From positions 135,542,210 to 135,606,209 of the forward strand of contig NC_068983.1 in the NCBI RefSeq assembly GCF_001194135.2: DNA of 64,000 nucleotides, in the 5' to 3' direction. A model generated the notes under the pieces. The model saw nothing but the letters and a program-made list of their open reading frames with translations. It made no database searches and had not been told where the DNA came from. How positions within the stretch are numbered: the first letter of the stretch is position 1; each line of letters starts with the position of its first letter. The stretch is from Octopus bimaculoides. Lineage: Eukaryota. Positions 1-59,640 of this stretch are shown here, piece by piece. The position numbers and the translations under genes were made by a program.

Positions 1-619
1 TTTACTACACTGGACCATTTCTCAGAACTAGCAATCTGTATACCATCTCAACTCAGGGCCACCATCTTTAGCACTTTTCATTCTTACTATACTACGACAC
101 TTAATCCCCTACTCAGATTTTTTCTTTTTATAAAATTCTGAGCAGCAACTGCATTTTTTTTTATTAGTCTGGGAGGACTTACAAAAAAAATCATTGCAAC
201 TACTTTTCTTTAGACTATCTTGCAAAAGTTAGTGATATTGTTTTACTCAGGGAAAGATTGGAAACTTCACACTTTGTGAACTCAACTTAATCATACAGTG
301 GTTGTGCTTCTTATGGCAGTACATAATCTGTGTGGTGACTGATTAAATTAAATAGCATAGGGATTGTTGAGCAGCTTTGAGATGCAGTGCAGAACTAGTG
401 TTTTTTGATATGGACCATCAACTGGATCAGAGACTAATTTTCAGACATCCTATCGTAAATCTTCAAAAATGTCTTTCTTTTTAGTGATTATTGTTTTCAA
501 AAGAGGTTCTAATGCAGACCCAGTGCTCAGGAAATCTTGGCAATCTAAATCTTACAGTAATTTTATCAATAAAATTATTCTATGAAAATAAATCTCATGT
601 TAGCATTAAATATTTTGAA

Positions 620-678
620 AATGGAAAATATAACAAGTGACAAAAATTTTTGTTTCTTTTTTTTCAAGATACTTTATT
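620..678 (-). terminator. Putative polyadenylation signal AATAAA (673-678) with downstream U/GU-rich element
   Basis: Minus strand AATAAA followed about 25-55 nt later by tttttgtcacttgttatattttccatttt. Other AATAAA copies near 1480, 1930 and 1992 could be proximal sites. Confidence 0.45.
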
Positions 679-2586
679 ACAGTTTATGGGACGTACATTA
701 GAGGGGGGGTTATTTTAGAAATTGCCACAGATCAGCAACAACTTTCTTCATTCTTCTGTCAGCAGCAAAATTTGGGAAGCAAGCAGTAGCAGCAGAAACT
801 GAAGGAAGTAGGCTAAGACAAAGTTTACAGGACATTGTGTTCAAATACAAATGAAAGTGTATATAGGCGTACACTAAAACACCCTCACACATTAATATAA
901 AACACGATCTAAAAATAAAGTATTGGTTAAAAATAAACTCCAAACATAAAAAGGGCTCTGGTAAAGGTGGGAATTTTTGACCAAAAGAAACTGGAAAGAG
1001 CCAAAAAAACAAAATAAAAGAGAAAAAGAAAAAATAAAGAGAGTGGCAGGTGAGAGGGATTAGAATTTATAGAATTTACGAAAAGGAAGAAAGCATAACA
1101 ATATAATATTTAGTTAAAAAGGAATAAAAGATATCTAAATTTATCATAAAATTAAAAAAATTTTTCAAGCCATTAAATATAATTTTGTTAGTTTCAAAAG
1201 TTTCCTAATTGTCCTGCTTTCCATTTGTTTAACCGTGATTTGCAGATCTCCACTCTCTAAGCAGCAAACATTTCAACCACCCACTTCAGCTTTGACTACA
1301 ATTCTACAGACAAAGATTGAAATAAAAGAAACATTCATCTCAGAGCCCTCTAAAGCTGTCTGGAGTACACGGCCTTCAGAAATTGTTAAGTTTTTGCATA
1401 CCACCTGAGTATCAATTATATGTGCGTGTATTCATGTGGCACGGCTGCTACAATAGTTTCACAATTACCTAATGACTTTTTATTTTTTTGAAGTATATTT
1501 TATATTTCAATTTGAAATTCCATTCATCAAATGAGGACAGTCCTATTTCTTCCTAGGAAGTCTCATGGTAGGTTTGTGCCAGCCTTAGTTTGAGGTATCT
1601 AAAGCTCAAGTCATTCACTCAAATGAGCGAGTTTTATGGCATCAATATAGTTGTACAACTCCAACAATTTGGGGATGTGGAATGGGGAGGCCAGTGACAA
1701 ATGATGCTGCCTGTGGATCAAACCACAGCTGTTTAGCTGCCTAATAACACCCTAAAAAACATTAAAAGGTACAGTAGATAGTGATAGAGAGAACAGAAAT
1801 TCTTCACATAAAATAATTTGTTCAAGTTGAACAAATGCAGCAGAAAATATCAAAGAGAAAAATGTCTCCTCTTTAAAGTAGGTTATTTAAGAGGTTTATA
1901 AATCCTTCTTTTCAAATATTTTTTTTTTATTTATTCAGAATTTTTTTATAGCAAAGATGAAAAAAGGGGAAGGGGTTGCTTAGGAAAATAATTTATTAAA
2001 TGAAAGCTATAAAAAAGCTGAACATGCAAATATATGTGAGAACATCTTAGGAAAGAAAAATACAGAAGTTTTTTTTTTTTTTCTATTTTGCACAATTTGG
2101 CCAGGAACATACAAATTTATAAGGGAGACATGTGCACGTACATAACTTTTTACACAGAAATACAACTTACTGATGAAAAAAAAAAGAAAGAAAGAAAGAG
2201 TACAACATAGTCACATAAGAGACAGAAGATTCAACACAAGTTGGCCAGCAAGGAATAAATTAGAAATAAAGACAAGAGTAGAAGAAACTACAAACTGAGA
2301 GAGCAATAGTGTGTGTGTGTGTGTGTGTGTGTGATGTTAGACTGAAACCAAACAAATGCATGTTATATATAATGTCTGTTATATGCATTCTTGTTTACTG
2401 CTCTATTTACTGAAAAAGGAGAAAAATAAGAATCTGATGATAAAAAGAATATAGCTTGACTTCATTCCTTCCCACACAGTCATTATATATATATATATAT
2501 ATTCTTACACATATATGCATACATACATATATATATTCTTACACATATGCTTACATATACATGCATACATATATAGATATACATAC

Positions 2587-2619
<33 letters not shown>

Positions 2620-3045
2620 TACACACATGCACACACACACAAATAAGGACAAAATTTAAACCCTATAAAAACAAAAGAGCATTTGTGTACCTTTACAGGA
2701 AAAACAAATTAATAAGAATTGAATCAACAAAAAAAATTATTTAAACCCAATGAAAATTAGGACAGCACTTGGTAATTTAAAAAAAAGGAAAAAGGAATCA
2801 CGGGTTTAATGAAATGACAGAATTGAAGGAGCTTAATTGCTAACCTAATTCAAAACAATTTGTAGAAGACATGACATGGGTGTTAACTACATTCTTCAAA
2901 ATTGCAATGGGACATTGATCCATAGAGTACAAAAATAAGAAAGACCCCAAAATTTAAGTAAATTTCTCCATCAAGATAAAGAGGAAACAGTAAAGTTTGC
3001 CAAGTCAACTGTCACTGACTGAAATGTCTGGAAAAAAAAAAAACC
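655..3045 (-). other. Probable Ras 3' UTR (up to about 2.4 kb)
   Basis: Follows the stop codon; U-rich on the minus strand; contains (CA)n/(TA)n tracts; ends near a polyadenylation signal. Length is inferred. Confidence 0.5.
2309..2640. repeat. (TG)n at 2309-2332 and compound (TA)/(TACA)/(CA) microsatellite at 2484-2640
   Basis: Directly visible. Confidence 0.9.
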
Positions 3046-49381
<46,336 letters not shown>

Positions 49382-52366
49382 CTGCAAAGAGAAAAAGAAA
49401 TATTAGAATCCAAGAGATAATTTAATAAACTACAATTTAACAATGCACTGCCATCTAGAAATATTGATTTCTTCTGACTTGACACAGGACCAAATTTTGT
49501 TAGAGAGTGTATGTGTGTGTGATTAAATCAACTTTAATATCTATTCCACGTAGTTATTTTATTGATTTGAATATGGAAACTTGTAATTCTTGTGCAGGAA
49601 GAAAAGAATTCAGAAAAGAACATTACCCTTCTTGACATGCCAAGCAGACATTAGAGAATGATGCAGTCCTCAGACATGTTGCATCCTGTCCAACTCAACC
49701 TATGCCATTTATTCTTAAAATTGCAAATTCTTGGTATAATCTAACTTAGAAGGAATATTTTTGGAGAAGTGAGAGCAAGAGAGAGAAAAAATATCCCCTG
49801 CCTATTAACAAGGAAAGGATGTTTGAATCTGATAATGATTAGGATGATGTGCATCCACCTCTTCAACATTTTCACCAGCCAAAGACACCTGTCTTACTGA
49901 AACTTCATAACCTTACTTCAAACTAAATCAAATGAAATGTGGGTCATTGAAATGTTAAACTTGGAGTTAGCAAGAAAGTTTGCAATATAAAAAAATGATC
50001 ACAAAGATGGTTCTGAAGAATACTCACGATAAAAATGGATTTGTGCTGATTCAGGAACGATTAAGGGAGGGNNNNNNNNNNNNNGGAGGGGGGGGGGAGA
50101 AAGAGAAAGAGAGAATGTGTGCATGCGCACGTGTTATGCACTCAAGTGCAATATTGTAAAAGCCAGACATTATTCTGTGCTTTGAATACTGCATTCTGAT
50201 CTTTGAAGATTGTTATTTGCTTTTTGTATTTCCTGTTGTGCATTCTGATACTGAGTCTGGAATTCTCAAATTATGGACAATGAACTTTGTATTCTGACAT
50301 TTGAACTTTATGATTTGATTTTTACATTTTGCATTTGATATTTGCAGTACTAACTTCACACTTACCACCTGGCATTACATTGTATTTGTGGATTTACAAA
50401 ACCTCAGTAGTTAAACCTATATTGGGTGGCACAAAGGTACTATATAATTCACGGTGACATTACTGCATGTGGCAAATGAACACTTGATATCAAAGTCTGC
50501 ATATACTATTCTGAGATGTATATCCTGTAATGCCAGCAGATGGCCAACTTATCACACACTTCTTTCTACCTGCTATTTAATTGTATGCTTCAATTCACCT
50601 ATCATTACGGTAAGTGGTATATACTGTCCAACAAACTGTCTACAAAACCAAGGGATCCTAAGTAACTTCATTTATTTGGTCCAGCTTTCACAGATTTCTT
50701 TTTGTCACTTTCCAAATAACATTTCAATCTTTCTCATAAAAACCATTTGTTTTGAAAGTGCATTAATCTTGTTATAATTTATCTTATATAGTATTGCATT
50801 ATTAAAAAAGTGATTGTATGTTCAAGGACATGGTATTACCTCTTGAATAACAGTCAACCAAATTGATCCCCCAAAAATTATATTCCACCACACACAATAA
50901 TTATATAAAATTAAATCAAACAGGTCCAAAGGAATCAAGTTAATTACATGAGGGAATTTTTTCCTCATGATCGATTTTAAGCTAGCTTTTAATATTTAAA
51001 CCCCAGTTCTACCTATACCCATCCAACATTTTAAGTATATCCCAGGCTGTGTACTTCCTTTTTAAAGATGGTAGACTGTAGTTGGATGGGGTTAGGCAGT
51101 TATTTCTAGCAGGTTGATTTGTATGCACTGAATCAAGGTATATTCAACATTAAACTATTCTACCTTTCCTTTCCACCGAAATTATGTGTATAAGTGTTAG
51201 AAGTGAGCCCCAACACATCAAGTTGTAACTTTAGCTTTATGTAATAATTGTGTTTATGAACAAATGAACTTCACACTGCATGCAAATAAAACATTATAGA
51301 TGTTATTTTTGTTCAACTTCAGACCAGCCCTGATTGAACAATCTTATGATCAAAGGTATATCACTCCATTTTTAAGACACAGTCTATATAGGACATTATT
51401 CAATGCACCCCACTTTTTTTAAATTTTTTATCAAAGACAAAAATACTACCTTTTGGTATCAATTTACAGCTAGCCAGATTAAGTTATTCAAGAGGAAATA
51501 CCATGTCCTTGAACATACAATCCCTTTTTTTAATGATGCAATACTATATAGGATAAATTATAACCAGATTAATGTGCTTTCAAAACAGTTTTTACGAGAA
51601 AGATTGAAGTGTTATTTGGAAAGTGACAAAAAGAAATTTGTGAAAGCTGGACCAAATAAATGAAGTTACTTAGGATCCAGATAAATGGAGTTGGCCAATA
51701 TGGAACAAGGAAATGGATATTAAAATGATCATGATGATTGTTTTCATAAACCTAAAGGACATTGTAATTAAGTGAGGTTAGTACAACTGTTAACATTTAA
51801 CTTCAACAATAGCAAGTGAGTAATTGATGAGAAGTCATGAGCAATGAGAGAATTCTGGATAACCAGTTAGAAAAATGAAACTGAGTAAAATGTCAGTCTA
51901 AATCAAATCCCGTACAGATCACAAAAAGACCAGGACCCATATATGGGCAATAGATTTGACCAAGATAGTAGAATCCTAAATTAAAGTCTTCAGAATATTT
52001 AGTTTTATCTCTGTTGATTATGAATTTATAGACTTTTCATTCCTATGATGCTTCAGAAAATGCCACAATAATATATTCAGGACAGGTCAATAAGTTGAGA
52101 TTGACTCACTTGTAATTCCTCTATAAAAACTGGTCTTGTACTTAACCCCTCCACTCATTTAAAAAATAAATTACAAACAAGGAAGGCTGTTTCTTGATTC
52201 AGTAATCTCAAAATTGATTTTCCCTTTTATAGATATTTCTAAATCCTCTGTGGCCCATTGGAAGCTCTAATTGGTTATGTTAGATACATTTGGATTGTAA
52301 GTGGTATAAACTTGATCTATGTACTGAGATAGCGTCAGTGACATGGAAAGAGAAAAGAGACTTGTC

Positions 52367-52590
52367 ATAGGTGCAGGAGTGGCTGTGTGGTAAGCAGCTT
52401 GCTTACCAACTGTTGGTTCTGGGTTCAGTCCCATTGCCTGGCACCTTGGACAAGTGTCTTCTACTATAGCTTCAGGCTGACTAAAGCCTTGAGTGGATTT
52501 GGTAGACAGAAACTGAAAGAAGCCTGTCGTATATATATGTTTGTGGATGTCTCCCCAACATTGCTTGACAACCGATGCTGGTGTGCCTCA
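52367..52590 (+). mobile_element. tRNA-derived SINE
   Basis: ataggtgcaggagtggctgtgtggtaagcagcttgcttacc...gggttcagtccc...gaaactgaaagaagcctgtcg. Confidence 0.8.
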
Positions 52591-52989
52591 AGTGAGTGGG
52601 GGTGTGGTATTGACACATGTGGCTTTACACCAGGTGTCTTGAAGAGGTCATATATAGCTTCTCCAGCTGGAAAGAGAGAAAAGATGTGGTGAAGTCAGAG
52701 CCCCAAAGTACAAGCTGAATATGAGAGAGAATAGGGACAGAGGAACACAAAGGGTGAGTGGGAACTAAGTTTGTGAGAGTGAAAGGAGAGTGCCAGATGG
52801 CTAAAGATGGAAAGAGATGGCCTGCATGAATGGGACAAATGAGTAGGGGTATGGTCAGTAATTAATATTAGTTTGGGGTGGGAAGTGAAGGAAATAGGTG
52901 TGGGTCAGGGAGGAAGAAGAGGTTTAAGGTGATAGTAATAGGGAGATGTAGCAGGATAAATGATATCATTTACAGCACCTGTGTGAATA

Positions 52990-53480
52990 GTGCTGTAGTT
53001 AGTAGAGTGCTAGACCAGGGGCCTTCCCCGTCTTCATATCCTCAATTACTCCACTCATCATACTGCAGTCAACAGTTAGGTTCACATTAGGAAGAATCTC
53101 TTTCTCCCTTGCATTCTCTTCATTTAGTAGCCTTTCATAATAGCAATTCCATGTCTCTTTCTTTTCAGAACCACTAAGTGCAAAAAAACATTATCTTATT
53201 CATACACAGATCTCCCCACCACCATCTTGATTTTCTTTGATACACACCCTTGCAATCTGGAATACCTCATGCTTCTTCTCACCACATTGCAGAACATAGG
53301 CAAACCTCTTTCTGCTTCCCTCCTTGCTAAATAGACCTGTCGTCTAGCTTCTCTTCTAGCTACATGGTGTAGTTCTCTGCTACCCACTCTTCCTACCAAG
53401 ACATTCACACATACATACTGAATTCTGGAGAACCACCAAGTTAAAGCAAATGCACACAGCTGATCACTATACCTAACTAG
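52990..53480 (-). mobile_element. RTE LINE internal relic (region upstream of the RT domain)
   Basis: ORF 53196..53483 TWW...ARREARRQVYLARREAE...VVG, then VDCSMMSGVIEDMKTGKAPG. Confidence 0.7.
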
Positions 53481-54364
53481 CATTATTTGATTTCACCAGG
53501 AGACTAATTAGTATTAAAGCAGAGATAACCATCAAGATTTAATTTTGGTATATACTATTACATAATTGGTGGAGTCCTACCACCATCTTAATAAGAAGTT
53601 AATTACAGTTGCATTGTGTACAATAAGGCTAATTATGGCCTGCTATCTGTAAGCAACTGAATTATATCTTCATTATCTACAAATCATTAATTTTCTTTAG
53701 AGAACTGACCAACATATCAACACAGAAAAATCTATTTCATTTTAGATTAACAATGTATCTGTCAGTGTATTTTTATAACTCCAAGGAAGAATGTAAAGTC
53801 AGTAATCAGTGGAAGATTGTTGCAGTTGGTAAACATTTGGATCATCTTTATGTGACACACGATCAGTACCATGCTAGATTAAATGGTTCGCAGGAAAGAA
53901 AGAGAAGTCATTAAAACATTGGATAGAAAGAATGTCATGTAGGGTTTCTTCTGGCTCACTGCATTCTGAATTCAAATTATGTCAACTTTGCCTTTCACAC
54001 TTCCAGGGTTGTTAATATACCAGCCAAGGATGAGGGTTGTTTCTTCTTTTGTTTAGAATTGATTGCAAGTTAGTGGAGGAATGTTGCCACTTGAGTTTAT
54101 GTGCCAAAACCTGGCCTTCTATTGACTGGGGCTTTGGCAGAATCTGTAGATGTAGGCATCAACAGGCCAAGAAATGGTTCTAAATACTTTCCATGTTCCC
54201 AGTTCAAATCCTGTCAGACACAACCTTATCTTGCATCTCACTGGAGTTGGTAAATAAGTACCAGCTATTGACCATTGCTTTAAACAAAATATATCATCTC
54301 ATATAAAATTTACTTCATACTTAAATAGAAAACACACATATTGGTATACAGAAGAATGCCTAAA

Positions 54365-54594
54365 CTCTTTAGCAATCCAATTACTCAGATGCATTATTTA
54401 TTTATTTTATTTATTCATTCATTCATTTATTGTTTTGAATTTATTATGCTTATCTCATAGATTTGAGATTTTGATGATGTCATTGTACATTTTTAGAATG
54501 ACATTGTAGGGTATGTGTGAGAGACTAGAACTGACCAGTTTCAACATAAAACAGAATATTTGGGCTGGATACAGTCAGTTTAAATGCTAACGGG
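54365..54594. mobile_element. piggyBac-type MITE copy
   Basis: ctctttagcaat ... taaatgctaacggg|TTAA. Confidence 0.55.
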
Positions 54595-55073
54595 TTAAAC
54601 TGAGAGCAAAGAACAAATGAGTGTCAGCCACTTATATTTATAGCTATATGATATCACTTAACAGATTTCCAACAGGCCTATTATTATTTCACACACACAC
54701 ATACACACTCAATTGTCTTTGGATCTTTCCATATTTAAGGTGATGACAAACTAATGGGATCTGTCTCACGGATGTTAACATTTTTTGGTGAAAGATATGC
54801 TCACATAATTGTGAAGTATATTCTAATCTTAATATTAATTATACAATTATATAGGACATATTTATGAGTACAAAAAATTTTTTAATATTGTTTAGTAATG
54901 TACTGCGATGTAATAATGTTTAGCAAGGTATGCAGATAATTGCACTGGCTCATGCATGTACAAGCAGCTCTGTTTGCATGTAGTGTTTAACTTATGCGCA
55001 CACAGAAAGTTAAGCAATTTCATTGGCTGAATTATGATTGAGTAGGCCTATGATGGGAGACTTTCAGCTATAA

Positions 55074-55105
<32 letters not shown>

Positions 55106-56786
55106 GGGTACATGAGGCATTTTCTTTAAGGTATCCCCATTTTTTGAGAGCATACATCTTCATTATTACCATTTTAACATTCACTTTTTCCCTGTTTGCG
55201 CAGAGAAGATGAAATTCGCTGAGGTAGATTTCCTATGACTAGATGCTCTTTCTGTCACCAAGCTTCAAGTGTTTTGTGGTAGACTAGAAACATGACTTTT
55301 TGAATTGACAATGTTGCTTGTCTGCAACTACCACATGATGCCATGACAAGACACAAACATACACACGATAGGCTTCTTTCAGTTTCCATCCACTTACAAG
55401 GCATTGGTATGCACAAACACACACACGTAGAGGAAGTTTTCTGTTAGAACAAGTTAGCCATATATCTGCATCGAGTTCTTCACCAGGTCACATAATTGAT
55501 TAGAGATTTATGACTGATCTCAAGTTGTCCATTCAGTTCTCAACACTGTAGATCCATCAGTCTACATAGAATAGCAAGGTAAAATAAATCTATTTTAGAA
55601 TCTTTCGCTATCAGCTATGATTGGTACTTTAGGTCAGAAATGGTTAAAAGAAAACCAGTAATAGTACAATGGTAAAGCAAAATTCTCACTAGAGACAATA
55701 CCTTATTAAATACTGGCATAATTACCAACAAATATAGCTTTACATAATAAAATAACATGTCTGCATTAACTACAAATAGCCACTTCTCGTGGGTAAGTTC
55801 TTTTTGTCCTTGGATTGAAAGTAGTGTTGTTGATTAGAGCTTATGAAGTATCTTATTACTAGAATACCCTCAAGCAAATTATATGGTTAACAACTAGTTT
55901 AGCTGATGTGGTAATGTCATTAACATTTAGTTTTGTGTACAAAGTGCTCAAATAACAGAAAAATAAACATGAAATAGAAATGCAGTTGGAATGTGTCATG
56001 TCAATTATCTGTGGTATTATTGCATAATCAAAGTTTTCAAATATGCAATTGGTTGCACCAGTATATAACATCATTCTTCTCTGATATTATATACTCCAGT
56101 GCACAACTTTAGGGAAACAAGACAAACTGCAAAAGAATTTTCTGGGTGGACTAATTAGTTTTAAATTCATAAATTTTGTACAACTGAAGAATAGCCCCAA
56201 GGAAATAGTAGTAATATTTCTGATCTCTATTCATGAGTTCAAACTCAGCTTCAGTGAGAGAAGAACTGTACCCAAGGCATAACATGTTAATCTACTTGCT
56301 TTAATTAAATTCTATTGAAATGAATTAATATCTAGTAAGAGCTAAAAGGATTTTAAAGAGCTATTGCCTCTTGCTCTAGTTTCATGGTGTTAATAAGGGA
56401 TAAATTTCCTCTGGATAGGATATCAATCAACAATAGGTATTGCTTCCTCTTTGATTTTGGAAAATTAACTGGGAAGGATGCATTGGATAATGTATCAGTA
56501 TCTGTATTATTGTTGGATAAAAGAGGTGGTGGTCATGGCTGATATGCATTGAATCATAGGTCCGCTTGATCAAAGATGACCCAGAGTTAAATAACTATTA
56601 ATAAAAAGCTATACTGAAAAAGAATAGTAGAAGAGAGTTAAAAAGTCAGTTGACTGGACCAGAATGAAAAGAATTAAATCTGTAGAAGGCATATAAATAA
56701 GCAGGCATGGGGAGCTATTTCAAAACAACCTTTGAAATAAATGAAACTTGACTGAGATTTTTTTTTTTTTTTTTATACTGTGGAAG

Positions 56787-57055
56787 GAACTAAATTGAAT
56801 ATTTTTGTTGTTGTTGGTGAATACTTAATATTTGAATGACAGCTTTTACTACCAAAATAATAATGTTGATTTCAGAATTGCTGGTGGTTTTAAAGAAAAA
56901 GCTATACTGTGTACAGAACTAAATTCAAGATTATTATTATTTTGGTTGAATACTTAATATTTGATTGACAGGTATTACATACAATAACCATCCTCTCCTG
57001 TCTATCAAAATAATAATGATACCAGAATTGCTAATTGTTTTAAAGAAAAAGATAA
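56787..57055 (+). repeat. Diverged tandem duplication, period about 128 bp
   Basis: gaactaaatt...gaatacttaatatttga.tgacag...caaaataataatg...cagaattgct..t.gttttaaagaaaaag occurs twice. Confidence 0.7.
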
Positions 57056-59479
57056 TGAAAAAAACAACAAGGAAAAAAGAAAAAACTGTTTAGTCACTGA
57101 GAATTTATTCTAACAAAAATCTAGGTCAAAAATCTTTTTTGATATTTATAATAGTCATTATATTTGGCATTCAAAGTTTTACAAAACCTTCCTTTCCAAT
57201 TTTTTTTTTTCTGGAAAGGGAATGTATAAAAATACAATTTTATTATGTATGGTTTTGTTTCAGAATGTTATTTATCTTGAAACTAAACAGCTATATAATT
57301 CAGGCTATTACAAAATTGTGAGAGCAGTGGAAGTGGTGCTATTTTATTGTATTGCAATTTGTTGTCTCACTGGTCTATGCCCATATCCCCATAGACTCAA
57401 CTTTATTTTCCCTTTAGCCAAGGTTGGTAAACGCAGCATTATCTTATTTCTGGAGGAGTTAGAAGATAAGCCAATTGATTAAACTTAGGTTTCCTATTTA
57501 TTCATGGCACCTAATATAATACCCATGAGTACTTTCTGAACAGCAGTACCCAGTTGTTCTTTGTATTCTATTGATTCATTTATAGGGTTTAATTGAACTT
57601 TAAAAAGACTTATGAAATAATTGAAAAAGCTAGCTTTATCATGAACCTTGTAATGGTATCACCACATTATGGGTGGAATCACTATCACAGTAAAAGAGAT
57701 GAAATAGTAAGTACAGTTTGTGTAAATGCTTTACAATATAATATATTCAGTGTTGCTCAAGTCCACTGACACCAATTTTTGCCTTTCAACTAAATTTCTG
57801 CAATTAATAAAACAGGTACCTATGTAAAATAAGATTATGCACATAGTTGAACAATAAGTTAAAAAGTTATCTTTATCTCTACAAAATAGTGAAACAAATG
57901 CATTTCACTGGTATATTTTCAACAAAAAAACAATCCTAAAAGGGATCAATAGTTAGTTTTATTCAAGTTTTTTTTTCATAGAATGCAATTTTAGTTAGAT
58001 GTCTTATACTGTAAAATCTATAATTTTTTCTATAAAAACAAAAAGTACTATAAAAATTTCCATACCTAAACTGTAGTAATCAGTTTTGTTCTCAACATTC
58101 TCAAAATGTCTTAAAGGTAATGTTTAAACAGATAAGCTTGAGAGAAGTGAGGAGGAAGAAAGGATAAATGAATGTTTGTGTGCATGCATGCAAAAATAAA
58201 AATTCAAAAAAACAAGAGACTGAAAATTAAATTATTGATCAAACAAAAAGTATTAAATTAGATTTTAGATGCTATGGAATTTATTTAATTGAAAAAAATC
58301 ATGTCTTCTTTAAACGATGTTGATAATAAAACCATATCTAAAACTGAACTCCATTTATTTTGTAATGGTTGTGGCTGGAGCACTTTTGATCATAGATCTG
58401 TTCAATCACAGTTTGCTTGGAGTTAACAAAACCACCAATAACACTGAAGTAAATCAATCCAATCTATTTCAATTTTTACCATTATCCTTTTAATATTCTG
58501 ATAGAACTTTACTTTTGACAGGGCCCTTCATAATACTTAGCACAGTAGACATAAAGAACAGATACGTTACATACCATACCATATTAGGAGTAAAAACGTA
58601 TTTTTATATGAAGAAAATAAGCAAATATTTGGTCTTTAACTGAATGCTTTTTCTTATTCTTATCTTTACTCATAAATGTAAGTGGGGCCCATTTTTCACA
58701 TCAACATTCAAAAACAAGCAGAATAATGCACACTGTGTAATAGGAAAGCAATCAAATTACAATGGTGAGATTTAAATGCACTACCTTGTGATCTACAGTC
58801 CAACCTTTTAACTGTTTAACCACTTTTGCTTATTTTGTCCTGGGTAGTTGTGGTAAGTGGAAGGAAATTATCAGTTTATACCATTAATCAGATTTTAGTA
58901 TTTTTTTCTTTTCTTTTCTTGGACTGGATCAGAAAAGTAGAACACACCCAATAAAATACTGTTGATTATCAAGGAGTGTCTTCCTTTTTCTTATTATTAC
59001 ACATTTAAATATTCCTGACTGTAGTAGACACACAAGTGATATTGAGGGCAGATTATAGTAAAAGTCAAAAGAGGTTGTTGACCCTCTTGTGATTGTGCAA
59101 TAAGGTAGTGATTGTGTATAGTTTTTTTAAGATTAAAAGAATGCACACTACTCACTCTCATACACTCAAATATTAAATGAAAAAGTAAAATTTGAAACTT
59201 GCTTTAATACAGTGGCATAGTCTCTATAATTGTATTTTTAAATAAGATATATTTACAAAAAAAAGTTATACGAGAAATTAAAGATTACCTTCTGGAGGGT
59301 GGTAAGATGAACCAGAGAGAAGAGAGAAAGGGGGTGTCATGGTGTGCCAAGTTATACAATTTTATGGTACAAGACATTTCACCTCCCTATCATAGTGAAA
59401 ATTTATAGAACAAAGTGGCTCTTTAGAGACAAGATTTCAAGAAACTGTTACTGAACAATTGCACTCAATTTTATTGATG

Positions 59480-59640
59480 CCATGTTAAAAGCACCCAGTA
59501 CATACTGTAAATGGTTGGCATTAGGAAAAGCATTCAGCTGTAGAAACCGTGCCAAAACAGACAATGAACCCAGACATGCCAGCTCCTGTCACACCATCCA
59601 ATCCATGCCAGCATGGAAAATAAATGCTAAATGATGATGC
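59480..59640 (+). mobile_element. RTE-family 3' tail
   Basis: aaaagcacccagtac...ccatccaatccatgccagcatggaaaataaatgctaaatgatgatg. Confidence 0.65.

Noticed and set aside
710-2659. ORFs 710..1012 and 2456..2659
   Set aside because: Low-complexity or microsatellite-derived open frames inside the putative 3' UTR, with no protein similarity.
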